DNA of 45,777 nucleotides from a virus, in IMG/VR virus record IMGVR_UViG_3300044898_000025, positions 1 through 45,777 of that record. The stretch is one strand, 5' to 3'. The position numbers and the translations under genes are program-made. Every line of letters starts with the position of its first letter. Position 1 is the stretch's first letter. Under the pieces are notes generated by a model. The model was not told where the DNA came from, made no database searches, and saw only the letters and a list, made by a program, of their open reading frames with translations. Below are positions 9,199 through 18,033 of the stretch, in pieces.

Positions 9199-9534
9199 GT
9201 GGTTAGACGGGTCTTAGTGATCGGGGTTGTTCTTGGTGGGTTGCTGGCGGGGACGGCGCAGGGACAGACGCCCCATCACCGCGTCCGGCTTCCCGCCAAC
9301 TTGCAGGCAGGAACGTGGAGGTCCCCGGCCCCGCTGCCGAAGACCGGGGCACTCAACCTCGCCATCTACCAATCAGGCGTCGAGATTGACGGGCGAGGAA
9401 AGCTGGTCAGCACGTGCAGCTACGAGCTATTTACGAAAGGCATCGCGTTGACGTTTTCTGCCTGCGGGCCAAAGCCGGTGGTCATCCACTACGTGAGCCC
9501 CCAGCCGCTCACCGTGATCTACTGGCTCGCCTAG
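9199..9534 (+). CDS. Plus-strand moron: small secreted protein (about 111 aa; alternative start GTG 9217)
   Basis: This is the only open frame in the 350-bp gap of the minus operon, and its third-position GC is high. From GTG 9199 it reads MVRRVLVIGVVLGGLLAGTAQG/QTP, a signal-peptide-like N-terminus with two Cys downstream. Its TAG shares a CTAG (9531..9534) with the stop of the convergent gene. Confidence 0.6.
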   Translation: MVRRVLVIGVVLGGLLAGTAQGQTPHHRVRLPANLQAGTWRSPAPLPKTGALNLAIYQSGVEIDGRGKLVSTCSYELFTKGIALTFSACGPKPVVIHYVSPQPLTVIYWLA

Positions 9535-10115
9535 CTGTAGCTGTGAACCTCTGCCTTTAAGGTCCGTTCCTTGACAGTGACCGACCCTGAACTGGCCTTG
9601 AATTTCACGCTCAGGTTGTAGGTGCCAGCCGGGATGTTCACGGCGTCAATCGCGCCTCCCCCGATTATGAATCCGGAGAGGCTCGTCACTTCAGTCGTGG
9701 TTGAAGTGACCAAGCTGCTGTTACCGGGGATCGTGACGAGCGCGCGAAAGTTCGTCCATCCGATCAACGGTTCAAGTGAATTGAGAGGCGGAACGCCCGA
9801 GCTATTCAGGAAGAAGCCGAGAGTGCCCGCCGAGGCCGAAGCTTTTACAAGAGCGAGATAGGAGAACCTGACAGTCCCTCCCGCCGGGACAACGATCCCT
9901 GGGATTTCATCCGCTTCGCTCATCGTCCCGAAGGCCGTGTTTTCCCGCGTGTGTTCTGCCGCAATAACTTTGGCCGGGTAGGTCGTGACCTTGGAGGGCG
10001 CTGCGCCTTCCAGCCCGACAACCGCTTCCTTGATTCGAACCAAGGCGGTCCTGATTTTGCCGTCAGAAGAGGCGAGGGCTTCGCCGGGTTCGGGGTTTTC
10101 AAAGCTCAGGGCCAT
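9531..10115 (-). CDS. Structural-module protein, unknown function (194 aa)
   Basis: ORF 2 nt downstream of the 520-aa gene, with beta-rich composition. No motif recognised. Confidence 0.6.
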   Translation of the reverse strand: MALSFENPEPGEALASSDGKIRTALVRIKEAVVGLEGAAPSKVTTYPAKVIAAEHTRENTAFGTMSEADEIPGIVVPAGGTVRFSYLALVKASASAGTLGFFLNSSGVPPLNSLEPLIGWTNFRALVTIPGNSSLVTSTTTEVTSLSGFIIGGGAIDAVNIPAGTYNLSVKFKASSGSVTVKERTLKAEVHSYS

Positions 10116-10117
10116 AT

Positions 10118-11680
10118 CTAGTTTTCCCTCATTTGGATGTTCACGGTCTCGGAGTAGATGCGGAAGTTGTGCGAGTCGTCGTTGTAGAAGCGGAAGCTCA
10201 CCGCGCGCCCGAGAGCGGGGGTCGGGTAGTGGCGATCGACCGTGGCGAGGTTGGCTTCCATGAAGGTGCCGGTCCTGGCTTTTTCGAACTGGCCCGTCGT
10301 CTCTTCCATGAAGAGGCCGCGCCCTTCGTTTGACTGGTCCCAGACTTCACCGTCCATCAGCCCCCATTCGTCGGTGAAGTCGGTCGCCACGTAGGCTTCC
10401 CAGTTGCCGACCCCGTCGATCCGCACTTCCCTCACGCGCTTGACTTTGTGAGGGTCGACGTAGCGCATATAGCGCAGAGAGCCCGAGTTGCCCCAAGCGT
10501 AATAGGGGGTGATGTAGTAGCTCTTCCCGGCGTAGTTGGAGCCGTTGTCCTGGAAGACTTCAGAGGCGAAGGCCTGAGAGACCCGCGTCGCCTTCGAGTC
10601 AGCCGAGTAGAGGGTTGGGGTTCCTCCTGGGTCGAGCAGGGCGAACTCGTTGGTCGCGCAGTCGTGGGGCCACCAAGAGCCGGCGATCATGTCGTACTCA
10701 AGGACGTGGTCGTTCTTGACGCCGAGCGTCGAGACCGAGAGGTAGTAGCGGCGCCCGATCATCGTCCCGGCGGCGAGCTTGGCCGTGGCGGGGCTGTTGG
10801 CAACCGCGTCAGTCGTGGGCTTGATCGAATCTGAGAACGGCGTCACGCCCTTGCCATCGGTCTTGCAGACGCCTTGGTCCTCGGAGAGGAAGAAAACGCC
10901 TAGCGGCGTCTGGACTATCGAGCGGTGAGCGACGCAGCCGATTTCGTTGGAGATCTGCCGGTTGGCCGCCGTGTTCGGGTCGTAGATGACGTAGGTCTTT
11001 CGGCTCTTGAAGACCAGCAGGTAGGAGCCGATGATCCCGATCCCGGTGATCGTCTGGCCATCGGTGGGCTCGAGGTCGACGTAGTTTTCGGCTTCCCAGT
11101 TGGAGAGGTCCGGGGTCGAGCCAGTGATCCCCGAATAGCGGACCCGAGAGCCTTCAGCGCACCAAAGGCGAGAGGAGAAGTAGGTCAGGTACTTGGCTTC
11201 TTTAGGCACCGTGCCTGCGGTCGCGACCCAGTTTTCCGTCGCGGCCGCCGAGCCGTTCCACTTCTGCGGCGTGTCGACGCCGTTCAACCCGTAGATCGGT
11301 CCGGTGCCTCCCGTCGCCACGTCGCCCTGGGCCCAGTACCAGCGGGTGTTCGCGGTCAGGCCCGTCTTGAGGGAGCTTGCGACCCCGGCCGTGGTCATCT
11401 TGAAGATCGTGTCCGTGGTCGCGGTGGTCGCTACCCCGATCAGGCTCTTGGTCGCCGTGTTCACCGGGAAGAGCGTGTGGACGCCGGTGGCGTTGATGGG
11501 CGAGCCGGTGAGCGTCGCACCGGAGACCGTGACGAAGCCGTTGCGCTTCTCGATGTCCCCCGTGGCCGAGGTGTGGACGTTGAGGCAGTCGCGGGCCTGA
11601 TTACCCTGAAGCAGATAGGGGCCGCTCTGGTTGTTCAGACCGCCGCTGAAGTCGCTGTAGGTGATCGGGAATCCCCGCAT
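10118..11680 (-). CDS. Putative tail tubular/nozzle protein (T7 gp12-like slot, 520 aa)
   Basis: N-terminus MRGFPITYSDFSGGLNNQSGPY. It directly follows the 217-aa adaptor-like gene. The assignment rests on size and synteny only. Confidence 0.5.
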   Translation of the reverse strand: MRGFPITYSDFSGGLNNQSGPYLLQGNQARDCLNVHTSATGDIEKRNGFVTVSGATLTGSPINATGVHTLFPVNTATKSLIGVATTATTDTIFKMTTAGVASSLKTGLTANTRWYWAQGDVATGGTGPIYGLNGVDTPQKWNGSAAATENWVATAGTVPKEAKYLTYFSSRLWCAEGSRVRYSGITGSTPDLSNWEAENYVDLEPTDGQTITGIGIIGSYLLVFKSRKTYVIYDPNTAANRQISNEIGCVAHRSIVQTPLGVFFLSEDQGVCKTDGKGVTPFSDSIKPTTDAVANSPATAKLAAGTMIGRRYYLSVSTLGVKNDHVLEYDMIAGSWWPHDCATNEFALLDPGGTPTLYSADSKATRVSQAFASEVFQDNGSNYAGKSYYITPYYAWGNSGSLRYMRYVDPHKVKRVREVRIDGVGNWEAYVATDFTDEWGLMDGEVWDQSNEGRGLFMEETTGQFEKARTGTFMEANLATVDRHYPTPALGRAVSFRFYNDDSHNFRIYSETVNIQMREN

Positions 11681-11683
11681 TCC

Positions 11684-12337
11684 CTACCTCCAGACGTTCA
11701 GGCCGAGAGAGCCATGCGGGTCTGACCACGTCCCACCGACCTGACGAGGCCCATCGAAGGAATCTGCCTGAACCTCGCCGCGTGCTTTGAGCAGCCCTTT
11801 TTCCCAGATCGCTTCCCAGGTCTGCGCGGCCTGGAAGTCGTCCTCGCGCAGGAACGCTTTCCACATCGCGTAGGAGACGAGAAGCTCTTGATACTGGACC
11901 GGGATTTCAGAGATATCCGTGTCATTGACCATGTCGGCCGGGAGCTTGCGATAGCGCAACGTGAAGCTGTAGACGTTGTCGGGGGTCGGATAGAGGAAGA
12001 GTTCCCCGCCGCGCACCGAGTATCCGTAAGGGGCGCCTGAGGACGCCGGGAGGGTGTCGAAATCGCGCAGGTCATATGGGGTCAGGAGTTCGTGGCTATC
12101 GCTCCGGTAGAGGTCGACGAAGCGAGCGTAGTTTTCAGGCAGCGCGTAGCTCGCATCGGCGGCCACGGTCGTAATCGACGATTCCGCCACCTGCGTCCTG
12201 ATTTCGGAGGAGATGGCGAACTTGCGCTGGGCGTCGTTCAGCCACGTCTTGACCAGGGGTCGGTACTTGGTTTCCGAGAACTGGAAGGTCAGGACCTCGT
12301 CTTGGAGCGCCTTAAAGGAACGGCCGGCCAGCGTCAT
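11684..12337 (-). CDS. Putative head-tail adaptor / tail tubular protein A-like (217 aa)
   Basis: Assignment rests on its position after the capsid gene plus one small gene, its size near T7 gp11, and a 4-nt overlap with the upstream gene. Confidence 0.45.
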   Translation of the reverse strand: MTLAGRSFKALQDEVLTFQFSETKYRPLVKTWLNDAQRKFAISSEIRTQVAESSITTVAADASYALPENYARFVDLYRSDSHELLTPYDLRDFDTLPASSGAPYGYSVRGGELFLYPTPDNVYSFTLRYRKLPADMVNDTDISEIPVQYQELLVSYAMWKAFLREDDFQAAQTWEAIWEKGLLKARGEVQADSFDGPRQVGGTWSDPHGSLGLNVWR

Positions 12338-12780
12338 GCGGCCTTCTCGGGGATGAAGGCGCGCCGCTTGTCATGGCCCAAGTCCTTGCGCATCGCGTGG
12401 GCAAGCTGTTCGAGCATCGGGCCGTTCTTCTCGACGGCTTCGTGCTCCTGCTCGGCTTTGGCAATCGCTTCGTTCTTCTCCAACTCATCGCTGAAGGAAT
12501 AGCCCGGCTGCTTGCACTTGGCGTAGATGTCTTCGACCCGCTTGACAATGCGATGGTCGAGGTCCTGAGCGGTGGTGATGACGTAGCCCGAGCCGTCCTC
12601 CCAGCCGTCCGGCTTCCAGTAGGCCACGAAGTAGTTGCCGACCTCTGAGAAGCGCAGCGCAATGTGGTGGTCGATCAGGTTGAGGGCGTTGGCGACCCCC
12701 TGCACGTCGTCGTCGATTTCGAGCATCTGACCATCGCGGCCCTTCTGGATCTGGGCAAGCGAAGCTGGGCGTATCTCCAT
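12334..12780 (-). CDS. Head-associated protein, unknown function (148 aa)
   Basis: ORF immediately downstream of the major capsid gene and its hairpin. Confidence 0.6.
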   Translation of the reverse strand: MEIRPASLAQIQKGRDGQMLEIDDDVQGVANALNLIDHHIALRFSEVGNYFVAYWKPDGWEDGSGYVITTAQDLDHRIVKRVEDIYAKCKQPGYSFSDELEKNEAIAKAEQEHEAVEKNGPMLEQLAHAMRKDLGHDKRRAFIPEKAA

Positions 12781-12799
12781 GAGGCCTTTCCAGGGCGAC

Positions 12800-12825
12800 G
12801 GGGCCGCGCCCGAAGACGCGGCCCC
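12800..12825 (-). terminator. GC-rich hairpin downstream of the major capsid gene (terminator/attenuator or mRNA stabiliser)
   Basis: ggggccgcg (12800..12808) pairs with cgcggcccc (12817..12825). On the minus-strand RNA the loop reads UCUUCGGG and can close to a UUCG tetraloop. It lies 20 nt after the capsid stop codon. No U-tract follows. Confidence 0.45.
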
Positions 12826-12844
12826 TCGTGCCCTATCTCCCGTC

Positions 12845-14086
12845 TCAGCTCGGGAGATCGTCGGTAATAAATTTGATCGCGCCGTTGCGGTTCGGAGCGA
12901 CGTTGCCGAGGTTGAAATACCACTTCATGTTCGCCTGCCAGACCGCGACGCTGGTCCCGGCAGTCGTGCCGTCCTTCAGGCGGAAGATGCTGCCTCCACC
13001 CTGGGGAGCGGTCATCCACTGCGGCGAGGCCTGCTGGAAGAGTCGGAAGGACTCTCTGTTGAGGCCGAACGCCCAGCCACGGGGAGCGTCGTCATCGGCG
13101 ATGACGGGCACCTCGTTGACCATGATGGCGCTGTAGCCACCGTGGATATTGACCGCCTGAGCGTCGTTGAACCGCTTCTGGGACTGGTAGGTGTCCGCGA
13201 GACGGCGACGGATGCCGCGAGAGGTCAGGATGACCTCTACCTCACCGTTGCCCGAGAAACCGACGTCATCGATCAACTGCTCGAAGATCGACTCTCCGGC
13301 AACTGCCGTTGAGGATTCCGAGGTACCGGCTTCGCGAATGTTGCCATTCCAGAAGCCGTTGCCTGCGGTTTCCGAGTTGATTTCGTGCAGGGTCCGGTTT
13401 TTGGCGATGATGTTCCTGAGGCCGTTGACCTCGTTGGAACGATCGCCCGCGATGTAGACACCGAACGTGGTTCCGGCCGTGACCGTCGCCGCGATGGTGA
13501 TTTTCTTTTCGGCAGGGGTCCTTGCCGTGACCGTGGTGGCCAGAGCGCCGGTGCTGGTGGCGCCCGAGGACTTCACGACCACGTCGACCGGATCGCCGAC
13601 CTGGATGTACTGGACGGAGTCCAGGGCCAGCGTGGTACCGGCCGTGGTTTCCGCCGTGAGGGTGGCCAGGAGACCGTCGCCCGTTCCGTAGAGCTGGCGA
13701 TTCATGTCCTTGCGGAAATCATTCGCGGCGCCTTTGGTTTCGGCGTCGAGAATGTTGAGGAATGCGCCCTCGTTGCTCGTCGATGCCTCGATAACTGCGT
13801 CTGAGACCTCGATGGAGATGTACTGGTAGGTCATCTTGACGATGGCGTCCTGCCAGGTCTGCTGACCTGCGACCGGGATGGTCCCGGCGTCGCCTCGCCC
13901 ACCGCGTCCGCGGTTGCGGCCGGTGTGGATCGGGATGATGGCCCTGCGGCCGGTGTGGTCAATCGAAGTCGAGTCGCGCTCGATCTGGTCGATCAGGTAC
14001 GTCTTCTGGTTCAGCTGCTCGACGACGGGACCTACGTAGAGGTCCTTGAGGATCGCGTCGGCGGCAGCAAGGGTCTGCGTTGCCAT
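12845..14086 (-). CDS. Major capsid protein (413 aa)
   Basis: Preceded by an acidic scaffold-like gene and a good SD (AGGAGATTCCTCAA-ATG). Size and position are typical of an HK97-fold capsid protein. Confidence 0.75.
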   Translation of the reverse strand: MATQTLAAADAILKDLYVGPVVEQLNQKTYLIDQIERDSTSIDHTGRRAIIPIHTGRNRGRGGRGDAGTIPVAGQQTWQDAIVKMTYQYISIEVSDAVIEASTSNEGAFLNILDAETKGAANDFRKDMNRQLYGTGDGLLATLTAETTAGTTLALDSVQYIQVGDPVDVVVKSSGATSTGALATTVTARTPAEKKITIAATVTAGTTFGVYIAGDRSNEVNGLRNIIAKNRTLHEINSETAGNGFWNGNIREAGTSESSTAVAGESIFEQLIDDVGFSGNGEVEVILTSRGIRRRLADTYQSQKRFNDAQAVNIHGGYSAIMVNEVPVIADDDAPRGWAFGLNRESFRLFQQASPQWMTAPQGGGSIFRLKDGTTAGTSVAVWQANMKWYFNLGNVAPNRNGAIKFITDDLPS

Positions 14087-14139
14087 TTGAGGAATCTCCT
14101 AGGGGTGCTAGGTGGACAAGGACTTCCTCAGTCGCGGGA

Positions 14140-14949
14140 CTACGCGTTGGCTTTTTTCAACCTCTCGAGCGCGATGGCTCGACGGGTCGGATCGTTCCAA
14201 TCGCTTGACAATTTGTCGGGCGCGGTCGCGGCAGCCCCTGGACCCTCTGGGGTCTGTGGCTGTTCGGCCTTTTTCGCAAACAGGCCTTTCTCGCCTGCTC
14301 CGATTAGCTCCTTGTACTCCTCGAACCCTTTGCCGATTGGGTCTTTGTCCTCATCCGCGTAGGAGTAGGCCAGGCGCACGATGGCGTTCTCGGCACCCTC
14401 GGGGAGGTCAGGGTTGTCTTTCCTGATCTGCTCGAGCTGCGTTGAGATCTCCTGGTTTGCCTCCTGCTCCAGGCGTTCCTGCTCCTGTTTTTGGAAGCGC
14501 TCCTGGATGGGACCGACTTTCTCGGCTACCTGCTCGGCGATGAGTTCCTGGATTTTGTCGGGGGACAGGTCGTCCACGTCATCCAGGCCCAGGTCATCTT
14601 CGACCGGGGAACCGAGAGATAGGCCCCGAGCTTCCGCCGTCTGCGTCAACCACTGGTTGAACTGGTCGGCTTTGTTCGGGTCGTTCGCCAACTGCGCGAA
14701 CGCGAGAAGCTCCTGAAGAGTCTCCGGGGGAACGTCTTTGATCCCGGCCTCTTCGTAAGGCGCCCAGCCCTTGCGGAACTCGGCGGCCTCCTGGAACTTG
14801 CGGGTTGCGTTGCCCTCAATTGCTTTGAGGTGAGGCTCGAGAATCTCCCGAACCTCGGGTGCGACTGAGTCGAGGTCGTATAACCCCGAGTCGGTGGTTG
14901 CGGCGCCCTGGCTCTCGCCGGTATCGGCGGGCTGTACGTCGTCAGCCAT
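14140..14949 (-). CDS. Scaffolding protein (269 aa)
   Basis: Strongly acidic, helical, Glu/Asp/Gln/Ala-rich ORF directly upstream of the capsid gene. SD is GGAAAGGAG. Confidence 0.65.
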   Translation of the reverse strand: MADDVQPADTGESQGAATTDSGLYDLDSVAPEVREILEPHLKAIEGNATRKFQEAAEFRKGWAPYEEAGIKDVPPETLQELLAFAQLANDPNKADQFNQWLTQTAEARGLSLGSPVEDDLGLDDVDDLSPDKIQELIAEQVAEKVGPIQERFQKQEQERLEQEANQEISTQLEQIRKDNPDLPEGAENAIVRLAYSYADEDKDPIGKGFEEYKELIGAGEKGLFAKKAEQPQTPEGPGAAATAPDKLSSDWNDPTRRAIALERLKKANA

Positions 14950-15085
14950 TGGGTACTCCTTTCCGACTGTGACCTTGTCCCTAGCTCGGCTGTACCGGAT
15001 GCCTCCGGCCCTGGCCCCGCTAATGGCGGTCCCTGGTCGTTCGTATGGACCCGTCGAACTCGGACGGGGTGAGTGGTAAGTCCGT

Positions 15086-15424
15086 TTAGGCGGCTTGCTG
15101 GGAGCCGCCGGCGATCTCTGCCGCGGCTGCTGCGATGCGCGCCTGGATGTCCTGCGCCTCGCGCTGACCTGGCGAGGGACGGTCGTTGCCGACCGCTGCG
15201 CTTTTCATAGGGGTGCCGGTCCCGGTTTCGGGAGCGTTGCCCGGAGCCTGCTTGAGCGCCTCGCGGGCGCCGGGGGTGTCACGCCCCGGAGCAGGTTGGC
15301 CTAGGGCTTTCTGGAGCCCTTCGATGGCCTCGGCGGCACCTTTGGGTAGCTCGGCCCCTCGGGAGCGGTTCTGGAAGTGTTGAACAGCCTGGAGGAGCCG
15401 CTGGACCTCTGCGCCTTCGCTCAT
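15086..15424 (-). CDS. Hypothetical head-module protein (112 aa)
   Basis: ORF with a 4-nt overlap with the upstream gene. Composition is Ala/Gly/Pro-rich. Confidence 0.5.
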   Translation of the reverse strand: MSEGAEVQRLLQAVQHFQNRSRGAELPKGAAEAIEGLQKALGQPAPGRDTPGAREALKQAPGNAPETGTGTPMKSAAVGNDRPSPGQREAQDIQARIAAAAAEIAGGSQQAA

Positions 15425-15762
15425 CGACGATTGACGTCCGAGGCGACGAGATCGGCGATTGGGGCGACCTTGCGGACCCCGGCATCCGAGCGCGAGCGCA
15501 CGACGGCATTCTCGCCTTCGGCTTCGACGAAGACCCCGAAGAATCCCTTGTCGTCGCCTTTGGTGATTTCGACGAAGTGGCCGAGAACCGGAGCGCCATC
15601 CTCGCGGCGGTCATTGAGACCCGGAGGGACCGGACTCGAGACCGGAGACGCGGGAGCCTTCTTGTGCTCCTCGACGGCCTTTGGCTTGTCGGCGGCCTTG
15701 GTGGTCGAGGTTGCGGTCGTAGCCTTTTTGGGCTCGGCTTTCTTCTCTTTCGTAGCGGTCAT
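15421..15762 (-). CDS. Protein with a Lys/Ala/Thr/Pro-rich (histone-H1-like) N-terminus and a small C-terminal domain (113 aa)
   Basis: Strong SD (TAAGGAGCCACG-ATG). N-terminus reads KEKKAEPKKATTATSTTKAADKPKAVEEHKKAPA. It lies between portal and scaffold. Confidence 0.65.
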   Translation of the reverse strand: MTATKEKKAEPKKATTATSTTKAADKPKAVEEHKKAPASPVSSPVPPGLNDRREDGAPVLGHFVEITKGDDKGFFGVFVEAEGENAVVRSRSDAGVRKVAPIADLVASDVNRR

Positions 15763-15771
15763 CGTGGCTCC

Positions 15772-15984
15772 TTATTCGGGTAGCGGCGACCATGAGTCGC
15801 ACGTTTCGTTGGGTTCAACTCGGTAGTCGTAGAGCGAGCACATGTTGTGCTGGAAGTGGACGCAGGTCCCGCAGCTCTTGTGCAGGTCTTCGGTGATGTG
15901 AAGGTTGGGAGGAACGTGGCCTGAGTTCGGCTTTTCGGCGTTTCTTTCATCAGCGCCTGCATCGCTGCTTTGATCGCCACCGGG
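15772..15984 (-). CDS. Start-less 70-codon reading frame in phase with the portal gene, encoding a linker plus a 4-Cys domain (possible read-through extension or non-canonical-start gene)
   Basis: Hand translation after the portal TGA gives PGGDQSSDAGADERNAEKPNSGHVPPNLHITEDLHKSCGTCVHFQHNMCSLYDYRVEPNETCDSWSPLPE*. There is no in-frame ATG/GTG/TTG before the Cys motif. The frame ends just before the SD of the next gene. Confidence 0.45.
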   Translation of the reverse strand, partial: PGGDQSSDAGADERNAEKPNSGHVPPNLHITEDLHKSCGTCVHFQHNMCSLYDYRVEPNETCDSWSPLPE

Positions 15985-18033
15985 TCAGCCACGGGGGGCA
16001 GGAGGTTTGGGGGCGGCGTGTTCGGCGGCCACACCCAGCGCGGCTTTGTGGGATTCCTGGCCTAGCTGAAGCTGATGTTCCTGGCCGACCTGGGCCTGCT
16101 GGGATTGCATCTGAGCTTCGAGTTGCATGTCAACCTGCTGTTTCATCCGTTCGCGGTGCGCGTTGACGTGCATTTCGAAGATCTGTTTCGCTTCTTCTGG
16201 AAGCTGGCCATAGCGAGAGGTCCGCTGGAATTCCTCGTGGCCATCGACGTGTTCTTTGTCTTCGTCGAAGGCGTTGACGTTCACCGCCTGACCCTGCGCC
16301 AATAGGCGGTTCTCGCGCTGGATCTGCTGCTCGGTCGCCGAGAGACCCGCGTAGAGCTTGTCGATTCCCCCGACTTCATAGTCCTTGAAGAACTTGCGCA
16401 GATCGCGCGAGTCGGGGACAAGGCCGTACTGCATCATCGTCTGGAGGATCTCCAGCATCCCGGCCTGCTTGGCGGCCTTGGAGCGGGGCATCGCCGAGCC
16501 CGCCTGACACTCGACGGTGGGCTCTTTGCCCATCATCGTGCCCCGGAAGGCAAGGATGTCCCACTGTTCGTCCTCGCCGGCGATCCGCAAAAGGCGCTCG
16601 TCGGTGGTGAATTTCGCCCGCAGTCGGGCAAGCTTGGTCCCGGCGACCCCAAGAGAGAACTCAAGGTCCTGAATCTCAGGGCCTATCCGCGTGTCGTCGG
16701 CCTCTTGTAGGAGGTTGATAGCCGAGGCGGCGGTGATGCCCGCCGGGACGTTTGCGTTGGAGACCTCATGGAGGCCTGAGATCTCCGTCATCGAATCGAC
16801 GTAGCGCTGTTCGCGTTCGCGCACGTACTGAGGGACTTCGGGGGGCGCGAGGTATTGCGGCACGGCGTCGGTGACCGTCGAGTCGTAAAGGATTTCCTCG
16901 CCAGGGACGCCCGAGTAGTGGACGTTGGCCTGGCGGGACTTCATCAGGGCGGGGTTGCCGATCCGGTTGGCGTTCTCCTGGATCTGGGACTTGACTTTGT
17001 TGAGGCCGATCTGCGGGCCTCGAAGCTGGGTCGTGATCGCGGTCGGCCAGAAGCGGTTCGGAACCTTGACGCCCGAGAACATCACGTAGGGCATCGTGTC
17101 GATCGGGTTGTCTTCCTCGGTCAGGATTTTGTCCTGGGCCCAGACGACGCGCTTGCCCTGCGGATAGGTAGACGACGGGTTGGCCCAGAACTCATGGACC
17201 TGCACGCCCTTGTAGTTGCTCTGCGTCCCAGCCAGAAGGGAGGAGAACATCCGCGACTCGACCGGACCTGAGTGAGCTTCGGTGTCGGGCTCGAGTTCTT
17301 TGCCGTAGCGCTGCTTGATGTAGTCGGGGGAGCGCACCTTCGACTCGTAGGCTTTCTCCAGCTCCTCCATCGAAGTGGCGAGGGGGTCGGGGTAGAAGTG
17401 GAAGGGCGAGACCACGTCCACGGCTGGATCGCCGAGGGCGATCTTCTTGACGCTCATTCCTTCCGGCAAGCCTTCTTCGCCGATTTCATCTGCCTTGAGG
17501 ATTCGCCCCTGCAGTTGGACTGGCTGCCCTTGGGCGTCAACGACGACTTCGGTTGATTCGCCAACCGTCGAGTCCCAGTAGAGCTTCCAGAACCCGGCAC
17601 AGACGATGTCCGCGAAAAGCTCAGCCTGGTAGAGCTTCTGCTGGAGGGCGAGGTAGACCCAGTCGAACTCCATCTGCTTTTCGGTGATCTTGGCGGCGTC
17701 CATGTCGGACTCCGAGCCGGTGAACGGGGTTGCTACGAAGGTCGGGCGGTTCTTGACCTTGCGGGCCACGCGCGCGGACACGATTGGCAGGATGCGGTTG
17801 TCGACTTCGGTCTCACGCCACTTGGCGAGGTTCGGTCGATCAAGACGGTTCTGATTCCAGTAGAGCCACTGTTGACCGACGTAGAAGGCCGAGTTCAGGT
17901 ACCAGTCGGGCTCGAATGGAGCGCGGGCCTCCTTGAATTTGCGGAACTCCTCTTTGAGGTCGGCGACGGTCGAGTCGCCTCCCTTGAGCTTGGCGACGGC
18001 GCGCTGACCCGCTGAGTCAGTCATCGTTGCCAT
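15985..18033 (-). CDS. Portal protein (682 aa; start may be the ATG at 18024)
   Basis: Largest head-module ORF, located upstream of scaffold and capsid. ATG 18024 gives the ATGACTGA 8-nt overlap pattern seen at other junctions. Confidence 0.75.
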   Translation of the reverse strand: MATMTDSAGQRAVAKLKGGDSTVADLKEEFRKFKEARAPFEPDWYLNSAFYVGQQWLYWNQNRLDRPNLAKWRETEVDNRILPIVSARVARKVKNRPTFVATPFTGSESDMDAAKITEKQMEFDWVYLALQQKLYQAELFADIVCAGFWKLYWDSTVGESTEVVVDAQGQPVQLQGRILKADEIGEEGLPEGMSVKKIALGDPAVDVVSPFHFYPDPLATSMEELEKAYESKVRSPDYIKQRYGKELEPDTEAHSGPVESRMFSSLLAGTQSNYKGVQVHEFWANPSSTYPQGKRVVWAQDKILTEEDNPIDTMPYVMFSGVKVPNRFWPTAITTQLRGPQIGLNKVKSQIQENANRIGNPALMKSRQANVHYSGVPGEEILYDSTVTDAVPQYLAPPEVPQYVREREQRYVDSMTEISGLHEVSNANVPAGITAASAINLLQEADDTRIGPEIQDLEFSLGVAGTKLARLRAKFTTDERLLRIAGEDEQWDILAFRGTMMGKEPTVECQAGSAMPRSKAAKQAGMLEILQTMMQYGLVPDSRDLRKFFKDYEVGGIDKLYAGLSATEQQIQRENRLLAQGQAVNVNAFDEDKEHVDGHEEFQRTSRYGQLPEEAKQIFEMHVNAHRERMKQQVDMQLEAQMQSQQAQVGQEHQLQLGQESHKAALGVAAEHAAPKPPAPRG

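Noticed and set aside
13880-13920. RGD tripeptide and an Arg/Gly-rich loop (GRNRGRGGRGDAG) in the major capsid protein as a functional adhesion motif
   Set aside because: A short motif is expected by chance in an Arg/Gly-rich loop of a GC-rich genome. There is no supporting context.
15759-16034. The 91-aa track ORF between the portal gene and the next gene
   Set aside because: It is out of phase with the Cys-motif frame and degenerates into Thr/Ser/Pro/Arg-rich sequence. The in-phase, start-less frame 15772..15984 gives a far more protein-like product.
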